The position numbers were made by a program, and so were the translations under genes. A stretch of 64,000 nucleotides of DNA from Octopus sinensis (lineage: Eukaryota), in assembly GCF_006345805.1 (NCBI RefSeq), contig NC_043005.1, forward strand, positions 84,568,001-84,632,000, written 5' to 3'. Shown here in pieces: positions 54,332 through 64,000 of the stretch. Position 1 is the stretch's first letter, and each line of letters begins with the position of its first letter. Under the pieces are notes generated by a model, which did no database searches, was not told the DNA's origin, and worked only from the letters and a program-made list of their open reading frames with translations.

Positions 54332-54921
54332 TCTTATTTCTTTATTGCCCACAAGGGGCTAAACATAGAGGGACAAACAAGGACAGACAAACGGATTAAG
54401 TCGATTATATCGACCCCAGTGCGTAACTGGTACTTATTTAATCGACCCCAAAAGGATGAAAGGCAAAGTCGACCTCGGCGGAATTTGAACTCAGAACGTA
54501 GCGGCAGACAAATACCTATTTCTTTACTACCCACAAGGGGCTAAACATAGAGGGGACAAACAAGGACAGACAAACGAATTAAGTCGATTACATCGACCCC
54601 AGTGCGTAACTGGTACTTAATTTATCAACCCTGAAAGGATGAAAGGGCATAGTCGACCTCGGCGGAATTTGAACTCAGAACGTAGCGGCAGACAAATACC
54701 TATTTCTTTACTACCCACAAGGGGCTAAACACAGAGGGGACAAACAAGGACAGACACACGGATTAAGTCGATTAAGTGCGTAACTAGTACTTATTTTATC
54801 GATCCCGAAAGGATGAAAGGCAAAGTCGACCTCGGTGGAATTTGAACTCAGAACGTAACGGCAGACAAAATACGGCTACGCATTTCGCCCGGCGTGCTAA
54901 CGTTTCTGCCAGCTCACCGCT
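54332..54921 (-). mobile_element. OK-like Tx1-tailed SINE trimer inserted in an OR-like SINE
   Basis: 184-bp period, junctions near 54515 and 54699; flanked by a ~12-bp near-duplication TCTTTCA(G/A)TTTCT. Confidence 0.9.
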
Positions 54922-56164
54922 TCTTTCAATTTCTGTCTACCAAATCCACTCACATGGTGCCATGCTGTAGGACTGAACCTGCAACCATGTGCTAGGGAAG
55001 CAAACTTCATACCGCTCAGCCGTGCCTGCATCTATGTCGTAATTTCAATCACATACACTTCACGGAAATCGGGATAAGCTCCCGGTCTTATGAGTTCTAA
55101 GGCATAAGTGAATAACCCTAAGCTAATGTGTGATTTGAGCAAGATTTAACTGCTATTTCTAGCAAGTCGAATGACCACAGAGATTCCTCGCATTCGCTGG
55201 TTTTCTATTTGTTCTCGCAGCTGTTGTTGTTGTTGTTCTTGCCGCTGTTAATATGGCCGTTTACTGTTGATATCTCTCATTATTACAGTTATTGTTGATG
55301 TCGTTGCAGTTGTCGCTAACGTTTATTACTATTACTGTTGCTATCATTGCAATTATCACTCAAGTTGCAGTTGTTATGTCGCTATCGTCTGTTATTGGAA
55401 GAAGCAGACGACAATTGCTTTGAATGGCGTAAACAGGACTGATACATTCGACGCACACATTCTTTTTTCACGCTTTCCCTCTTCTCCCATTCTTTGTCTT
55501 TCTCCATTTCTTCCTCGTTTCACATCCTGCCACCTTATCTCTTTCTCTTTTATTTCGCCATTATTTCAGTTAAAATCTCTTTTACACATTATTTGTTAAA
55601 ACCTTTCATTTTTATTTCTCTACTCCCCCCCTTCTTTCTTTCTCTCTCTCTATCTATCTATCTATCTCACTTTTCATTAAGTAACTTTCACTCTCTCTCT
55701 TTCCATTTAGTATCTCTCTCTATCTCTGTGACTTCCCCCTTTTCATTTATTACCTTTTTGTCCCTTTCTGTGACTCTCTCTCCCGCTTCATTTAGTTTCT
55801 TTCTCTCTTTTTGACGCTCTCCCTCTTCATTTAGCATCTTTCTCTGTGATCCTCTCTCTCTCTCTCACTGTGATTCTCTGCTTCTCTAAAGTTCACCCTT
55901 TTAATCTCACCCCTGCCCTGCTTCTCTCTTTTATTTCTCCATACTAAATTTCGGTAAAGGCAAGAAGAGAATAAACCAATTACATCAATCCCAATGCTCA
56001 ACTGGTACTTATTTTATCAACTCCAAAAGAACGAAAGGCAAAGTCAGCTTCGGTGGAATTTGAACACACAACATAAAGACAGACGAAATATCACTAAACA
56101 TTTTGTCCAGCCTGCTAACGATTTTGCCAACTTCCTGCCGTATTTCCCCATTGTAATTATTAAT

Positions 56165-56395
56165 ATCTATGTCTTTACTACCCACAAGGGGTTTAACACA
56201 GAGAGGACAAACAAGGAAAGACAAACGGATTAAGTCGATTATATCGACCCCAGTGCGTAACTGGTACTTATTTAATCGACCCCGAAAGGATGAAAGGCAA
56301 AGTCGACCTCGGCAGAATTTGAACTCAGAACGTAAAGGCAGACGAAATACGGCTACGCATTTCGCCCGGCGTGCTAACGTTTCTGCCAACTCGCC
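56165..56395 (-). mobile_element. OK-like Tx1-tailed SINE monomer
   Basis: Full head and tail; an older OK copy lies at 55960-56135. Confidence 0.88.
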
Positions 56396-56576
56396 CTTTC
56401 TAATCTCTCTCTAACTTCCCTTTTCATTAGACTCTGTCTGTTTGTCTGCCTCTTTCTCTCTCCTCTCTCTCTCTTTTCATTCAGTATCTGTTTGTCTGTC
56501 TCTCCTTTCTCCCTTTTCATTTAGTATCCTTCTCTTTCTCTCCCTCTCTCCTTGTGACTCTCTTTTCATTTAGTGA

Positions 56577-56608
<32 letters not shown>

Positions 56609-56829
56609 ATCTATCTTCCCTTTCTCTTATAACTGTTTCTCTTTCCTTTTTCTACTCACCCCTCACCCCTTCTCTCCTCTTTCGACGCTTCTTTTTTTCT
56701 TTTCTCTCAACTCCCCTTCCTCTTTCTATCACTATATCTCTAATAGAATATGTTATAGGACATTACATAGTGTGGATACAAAACAGTATAGTAGTGTATG
56801 TGTGCGTGTATATGTGTGTGTTTGCATGC

Positions 56830-56869
<40 letters not shown>

Positions 56870-57130
56870 TACTTATGTACAATCATATACAAACATACAT
56901 ACATAAACATATACATACACACATACATAATATGTACAAATATACACAGAGGCACTTTAGGCAAATTATGACTTTGCAAGTCATAACTTGCCTGAAGATT
57001 CCCAACTAAATGGTCCTGAGATCAGTCTCACCGTATGGCACCTGGGACAAATATCTTCAAGACCCAGGCTGACCAAAGCCTTGTGAGTTTATTTGGCAGG
57101 ATGAAAACTGAAAGAAATCCATCGTGTTAG

Positions 57131-57798
57131 CCACTAAACCTTTTTTTTTCTCACTCCCTGTTTATTTCTGTGTTCCTTTCTGTTGAGGAGCGTAGGCTCG
57201 AAACGTAAAAGACTTTCTCCCTTCCCGAGCGTTAAACTAATACATCTGTTTGTTGTTTACACACCCGTCTTCATCTTTTTTTTTTGTAAATTCTCCTCTA
57301 TATATTACACGTTCACGTGCTCGCATCAGTTTTATCCTATCTCCACCTCAATAACTTTTCGAACTTTTCTTGGACTATTCTACCTGGATTCTCCACCTGG
57401 ACTTTCTACTCTCCTACACTCGGATTCCTACACTTCGGCTGCACCTCTCCTACCCATGGATTTGACTGGACTCTCCCGTTGATGAGAAATCGCTCCAATA
57501 CACCACGACGTTTGAACCTTTTGAACTTTTCTAAATTTTTTTTGTACTTTTTGCCTTTTCCTATTATCGTTTCTCTCAATCCAACCCCTCTGGCCGGCAT
57601 TCGCCATGATAGATCGCTAGTCACTAAACCGTTTTTTATTTTCTCTCCCTATTTATTTCTGCGTTCCTTTCTGTTGAAGAGCGTAGGCTCGATACATAAA
57701 AGACTTTCTCACTTCCTGAGCGTTAAACTAATACATTTGTTTGTTATTTACACACCCGACTTCGTCTTTTTTTTGTAAATTATCACTATATATACATA
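57131..57798 (+). mobile_element. Penelope-like relic: two ~175-bp direct repeats (pLTRs) around a ~315-bp segment
   Basis: 57131-57308 matches 57621-57798; each contains the hammerhead variant (57176-57211, 57667-57702). Confidence 0.72.
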
Positions 57799-58639
57799 TC
57801 TATCGATGATATATTAAAAGTTAACTTCAATCTTGCTTGCTTGCAATGTTACACAGCCAAACTGGCACACAATGGGAAAATACTTTGAAAGTAAAGCTCC
57901 CCTGAAATGTGAATACAAACGGAATAAAATAAGTTTCGCGTAAATTGGACCAGTGGTTATTGAGATATACAAGGTTTTGGGGTGTAGATACCCAAAAAGG
58001 CGCATAATGGGAAAATACACCGAAAATAACTTAACCCTGAAAGGGAAGAAACTCGAACCTTTCCATTAGACACATTATAATAGACAAAATATTTTAAATT
58101 GAAAAATGACTTAAAAATTATGGTAGGTATTTTGTAAAAGACTTGTTTATAATCTTGGTGTGAAATAGTTTTTTTCTCTCCATAAGTTTCTTTTGAGTGC
58201 ATTCAACGTATCTCACCTCCAAAGATTTAGCTGCTATTTTTAGCACACCCTGCTACCACGTAACAGCTATTTGCAATAAAGGAGCCAAAATATCTGTTAG
58301 GTGGTATCAGGATGTGCAAGAAATAGCAGCCAAATTTTTCCTTTTCTGGGGAAATGAGCCGTTTATGTATGATTTTGATGTCACATTTATTGAAAGCATA
58401 CGAAATAACCTGGGCTAGTCAGGCAGTTCTGGCAACGACCATGCTCAAAAAGTGTTTTTGATGTGCTACCTGCACAGGAGCCAGTCCAGCGGCACTGGGA
58501 ACAAACACGCTTGAAATATATATGCTGTGATTGAGAAGACTCGACAACTAAAGTGAGATCGCTGCCATGGCTGAAGCCAGTGTTGCATGTCTGGTCCATT
58601 TCAAAGTACCTTTGATATGTCGAGTGATACGATATGCAT

Positions 58640-58945
58640 GAAAAGACCTGTTGAGTCAAGAAAATTCAAAATCGTAGCTGTGGTCAGTGCTCCTGATTGG
58701 CTCCTGTTCCGGTGACACATAAAAAGCACCATCCAAACATGATTGATGCCAGGTCTGCCTGACTTGCTCCCATGCCAGTGGCACATAAAAAGCATCCAAT
58801 ACACTCTCGGAGTGGTTGGCATTAGGAAATGCATCCAGCTGTAGAAACACTGCCAGATTACATTGGAGCCTGGTGCAGTCTCCTGGCTTCCCAGACCCCG
58901 GTCGAACCGTCCAACCCATGCTAGCATGGAAAATGGATGTTAAAC
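58640..58945 (+). mobile_element. RTE-type 3' tail
   Basis: Tail motifs ending GTTAAACAATGATGATGATGATGA. Confidence 0.8.
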
Positions 58946-59010
58946 AATGATGATGATGATGAATGAAGATGGTTTATTCGCAATTTACAACTGGCAGGCA
59001 AAAGTATAGG

Positions 59011-59099
59011 TGTCACTAAAGTGGCTAAGGGTACCAGTTAGCACTAACATTGCTACTTAGTGCTGTTGCCACCTAGCACCCTTAGCCACTTTAGTGACA
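59011..59099. repeat. Perfect 22-bp inverted repeat (mini-MITE/hairpin)
   Basis: TGTCACTAAAGTGGCTAAGGGT ... ACCCTTAGCCACTTTAGTGACA. Confidence 0.9.
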
Positions 59100-59102
59100 T
59101 AC

Positions 59103-59175
<73 letters not shown>

Positions 59176-60619
59176 ATGGTCTTTTGTAAGCAGTGTCAAT
59201 TTTTTACTATTCTGTAAATGATAGCAATAATATTTTATAAGCTTAATGCTTATAAGCGATCACCATGTAATGACCAAAGAAAATAGTCTAATATCGGGGC
59301 ATATAAACCCTCAACAGAAAAAAAGTAGGCTTTCCTGTATGCATGTGTACAAGAAAACCTAGTTTTTTCTATTGAAGGCATTTTTGCTCCAACATTAGAC
59401 TACTTTCTTTGTAAATGGTGAAATATTAATATATATATATATATATATACATCATTTATAAATTCATCCTCACAGTTTTTTAGTCACAGAATATATACAT
59501 CACTAAGCATTGTTTAAGCATTTTTATTCGCAGAGTAACTCCATCACATTTCATTAGCTATTTCATTAACCGACGATGTAATTAACTAACGAGGAAATTC
59601 AAGCACAAATGATTCCATTCTGCCGTTTCCATCTGAAAATTATTTCAGAAATTTACAGAAACACTCAAGAAACAAATTAATATCCAAACGCTGTATTACT
59701 GTTACTGCAAGAATTCAATGCTCCATCGAGGAACAGCAAACTCACAAAAACATCAGGGTTGTCTAACAAACGTTGCTCATAATTTCTTATTTTAAGATTT
59801 CCTCTCGTTCTGCCATTTGAAATTAATGTTGTTGTATTCCTGCAATTTTTTCTGGAGATGGATTCTATTTTTAAAGATATTTTAAAAATGAATTTACTCT
59901 TTTAATTTATGAATTTATTGAGTGAATTGGGTCGTTTTATTTTAAATTTTTTCCTGTTTCAGTCATTGGACTGTGGCCAGACTGGAAGACGACTTTTGAG
60001 GTCTTTTAGTCAAAAAGAACGATTCCCTTACTTGTTATTCTTTTCAAGTCTGATACTTAATCTTTTAGATGTTTTATTTTTGGGGCTGAACCATTAAGTT
60101 ATTGGGACACAAACAAACCAACACTGGTTGTCAAGTGGTGGGGAAGTCATGAGCACAAAGACACACAGACATATGTGAGTGTGCATGCATGTGTGTATGT
60201 ATGTGTGTGTGTGTGTACCACCAAGCATCCACACAATTTCAATCAACCAAATTTATTCACAAGGCATTGGTTAGCCCAGGGCTATAGCAGAATACATTTG
60301 CCCAAGGTGCCACACAGTGGAACTGAACCTGAAACCATGTTTTCACAAAGCAAGCTTCTTAACCACACTACCATGTCAGTGCCCGTGGATGTAATTACTG
60401 TTCTTTATTCGTCTTTGTATGTTTGAAAATTTTGTTTCCACACTTAATAAAGTGCAAATGATTGACTCGCAAGTAAATCATTTTGTTAATGTACAACGAT
60501 GTATTTACTCTGCTGATAAAAACTATATTGAGGAAACATTTTAACAATCAGGAAATTCACATACAATAAAATTACATTACAGAGGGAGAGCGTTAAGCTG
60601 TGATAAATAAAATTGGAAT

Positions 60620-61115
60620 GTTCTTATCAGTCCAGATATGCCTGAGGCACATTTGAACCAGTGAACAAGCTACTTATTGCGTTTTGTCATGGAAAATAAA
60701 TCCCATTTGGTGATAAATGTTGTGTACAAATAAGGCGGTGAGCTGGCAGAATTGTTAGCACGACGGGCGAAATGCGTAGCCGTATTCCATCTGTCGTTAT
60801 GTTCCGAGTTCAAATTCCGCCGAGGTCAACTTTGCCTTTCATCCTTTTGGGGTTGATAAATTAAGTACTGGTTATGCACTGGGGTCGATGTAATCGACTT
60901 AATCCCTTTGTCTGTCCTTGTTTGTCCCCTCTGTGTTTAGCCCCTTGTGGGTAGTAAAAAAAATGTGTACAAACAAATTTGTTGACAAATGGTGTACACA
61001 ATATTTGTACACACCATTTGTCAACAAACAGGATATATTTTCCATGATAAAACGCAGTGAATAGCTTGTTCACTGGTTCAAATAGGCCTCAAGCATATTC
61101 GGAGTGATACTAACA
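60620..61115. mobile_element. Decayed fold-back MITE interrupted by a SINE
   Basis: ~100-bp imperfect arms (GAGGC..ATTTGAACCAGTGAACAAGCTA...CATGGAAAATA); SINE at 60733-60962 with TGTGTACAAA(T/C)AA duplication. Confidence 0.75.
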
Positions 61116-61629
61116 TTACAGTAATATTACAGGTGATGCATTTACTGTAATGCCAATAATCACAATGAATTTACTAAACACACCTGTATGTATTGAAGCC
61201 TTTCAGTCTCTCTGTTGTGGAGGTCATGGATGGCGTTTCTCCAATGTTTTCAACTCTGGGTTTTCGTTTCCACCTCTTCAGGTCTGGTGGGTTTCCTGTA
61301 GTCATCAATGTCTCTGTAACTTCTCTTTTTCTAGATAGGGCTTTTGGCCCTATGCAAACCCATTTTTATCTCTAGGGTGAAGGCACAAGGCTTAATGGTT
61401 GGGGTATTTAGTTCATGGTTGTAAGGTTGTAGGTTTGATTCCTGGCCATGTGTTGTGTCCTTGAGCAAGATACTTCATTCCACATTGCTCCAGTCCACTC
61501 AGCTGGTGAAAATGAGTTGTATCCATAATTCAAAGGACCAGCCTTGTCACATCTTGGGTCATGCTGAATCTCCCTGAGAACTACATTAAGGGTGTGTCTT
61601 GAAAGGAGCTTGTTGTATGTGTGTGTGTG

Positions 61630-61661
<32 letters not shown>

Positions 61662-62846
61662 TTGTTTATAAACACACATACATACCATCCATCCATACAT
61701 ACAATCATACATACATACATATCATCACCATCATCATCATTTAATATCTTTTTGCCATGTTGGTATGAGTTGGGTGGTTAAATTGAAAAATTGTAAGCCA
61801 GGGAGCTGCACCAGGTTCCAGTCTAATTTGGTACGGTTTCTACAGCTGGATGCCCTTCCTAACACCAACCACTCCAGGAGCGTAGTGGATGCCTTTCATG
61901 TGCCACCGGCATGGGTGCCAGTTATATAACACCAACATCAGTCACAACTGTGATCTCACTTGGCCTGACAAGTCTTCTCAAGCACTGTATATCACCAAAG
62001 GTCTCGGTCATATGTCACAGCCTCCATAAAAACACATATATAGTTCCTACCTCACTAGATACAGATACAATTACATATACCTCACTGACGTGGCCGATGA
62101 CAGTACCGCCTGATTGGCACTCGTGCCAGTGGAACGTTAAAAGCACATCTGAGCATGATTGTTGCTAGGGCCGCGGTTTGGCTCCCATGCTGGTGGTACA
62201 TAAAAAGCACCATTTGAGCATGATCGTTGCAGCATCACTTTACTGGCATATGTGCTGGTGGCACGTGAAAAACGTTACCATTCGCCATCTTTCTTTCTTC
62301 CCCTAACTTGTGTTTCTTTCTTTCTCTCTGTTATAGCTGGAACAAGGAAGACGTGTTCTTGGTTGTCTCCTGCCCAGGCTTGATTTGCATATTCATCACC
62401 GCAACCTCGTTTAGGCTTAGCATCCCTTCTTGTTTGATTTCACTGTCCTGTTTGTGTTACCAATTTTGACTGTCGGCAAAAATCCCAAATTTTATTTAAT
62501 TTGCTTTGTGGGAGCAACTGCTTTATTGAAAGCATATATTGTTGTTAAATGCTCGAAATACAAGACTAGAAAAACAGCCAACAACTGATAAAGGATCGCT
62601 CTTCATATTGTTTATTTTGTTTTCCATTTGTGTCTTTTGTTGTTCGAAAGAATAGTTCATATTCCATGTACTCTTACTTTGTACATTTTTTGTTGTACAT
62701 GTTTCGTAACGTCCTGTGCCCACATATGCATATATGTATACGTATAGATGTAAGCATGTACATATACATATGTATAGATGCATATATATATATAAAAATA
62801 TATATGTATTATTTATATTATATATATATATATATATATATATCAA

Positions 62847-63112
62847 ATAAAAATAAAAACGGAAAATACGCACACTTACATGGTTATGGTATAATTTTAA
62901 TGTATCAACCGGTTTCGCAATCGGTATTCATGATACAATGAATCTCATGAATCTCATTATAAACAACATGGACCCATTTTCTTCTTAAGAAAAAATGTAT
63001 TTTCATATAAATTAAACATTGTATCATGAATAGCGATTGCGAAACCGGTCGATACTTTAAAAATTATACTATAACCATGTAAGTGTGCGTATTTTCCGTT
63101 TTTATTTTTCTT
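62847..63112. mobile_element. Penelope-like inverted pLTR pair (~95-bp arms)
   Basis: 62847-62940 is the reverse complement of 63017-63112; each arm holds a hammerhead-like motif facing outward. Confidence 0.75.
63021..63055 (+). ncRNA. Minimal type I hammerhead ribozyme with A3-U8 core variant
   Basis: GUAUC-AUGAAUA-GC(GAUU)GC-GAAA-C(CG)GUC/GAUAC: perfect 5-bp stem I, GUC site, palindromic ACCGGU. Confidence 0.65.
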
Positions 63113-63172
63113 TTTCTTATATACATTACAATCCACTACGTGGGGACAACTGAAATTCCTCTTTTCTGTTAC

Positions 63173-63210
<38 letters not shown>

Positions 63211-64000
63211 TGCAATCTGCAACCCTCTCCAGCAACCTGCTCCAGCTGAGTAACACTAATCTTAAGGGCTCGTAGGTGCTGGTGCCATTGGGCCAAAAAT
63301 TCTTCAAGGTAGTGCACCAGAATGGCCACAGTCTAATGACTGAAATAAGTCCAACCCGTGCTGGCACAGGTTGAATGGTTTGACAGGAGCAGACCAGATG
63401 AAAGGCTGTTTCGTCTCCATGTCAGTTTTGACAGGGTTTCTATGGGTGCAACCCTCTCCAGCTGAGCATCCCTAATCTTGTGGGCTGATAGGTGCTGGTG
63501 CCATGTAAAAAGCACCCATACCTGTGCTGTGTAAAAGCACTCAGTACACTCTGTAAAGTGGTTGGCATTAGGAAGGGCATCCAGCTATAGAAACCATGTT
63601 AAAACTGACAGGGAGCCTGAACAGCCCAGGTGGTGGTCAGCTCCTGTCAAACCATCCAACCCGTGCCACCATGGGTTGCACTTATTTCAGTCATTAGACT
63701 GTGGCCATTCTGGTGCACTGCCTTGAAGAATTTTTAGCCAAATGAGTCAATGTCTGTAATTATCTTTTACAAAATTTGTTTTTGGAAGCCTGATTCTTAT
63801 GTTGTTGCACTCTTTTGGTGAAGATGTGGCAGAAGACACTTTCACAAGGTGCCTCACAGTAGAATTGAACCTGGGGCCATGCAGCTGGGAAGCAAACTTT
63901 TTAACATACAGCCATGCAAGAATCTACACACACACACACATCATTTATACACATATGTATAAAAACATATCGTGTGTGTATATATATATACATATACATA

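Noticed and set aside
54332-54921. Regular tandem arrays as CRISPR
   Set aside because: Eukaryotic SINE units with no unique spacers and no cas genes
57868-58020. CACAATGGG as a Transib/RSS-like terminus
   Set aside because: The second similar motif is in direct orientation; no inverted partner or TSD found

Overview
AT-rich, microsatellite-saturated, mostly intronic/intergenic eukaryotic DNA. The repeat content (OK/OR-type tRNA SINEs, Dong/R4, RTE, Tx1, mariner, Penelope-like fragments) points to an octopod cephalopod; this is inference, with no database check. No intact protein-coding gene is recognisable, and most ORFs in the track are microsatellite read-throughs. Real coding remnants are four Tx1-clade LINE fragments (RT ORF at 41435-43234), a Dong/R4 endonuclease end, RTE fragments and two mariner relics. 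A few short candidate host exons (9707-9766, 11313-11356, 51749-51811) could not be identified. The main signals are five. (1) Every Tx1 copy sits in an (ATCT)n microsatellite at both junctions. (2) A tRNA-derived SINE subfamily shares its last ~45 nt with that Tx1 and forms multimers joined at one fixed nucleotide. (3) A tRNA-headed SINE carries a Penelope-type tail with a minimal hammerhead ribozyme, an inverted tail copy and a perfect 12-bp TSD. (4) Further Penelope-type hammerheads have non-canonical cores (A3-U8 covariation; A6U in four copies). (5) A 5S rRNA is fused to a retroposon tail. All analysis was by eye, and repeat boundaries are approximate to roughly 5-20 bp.
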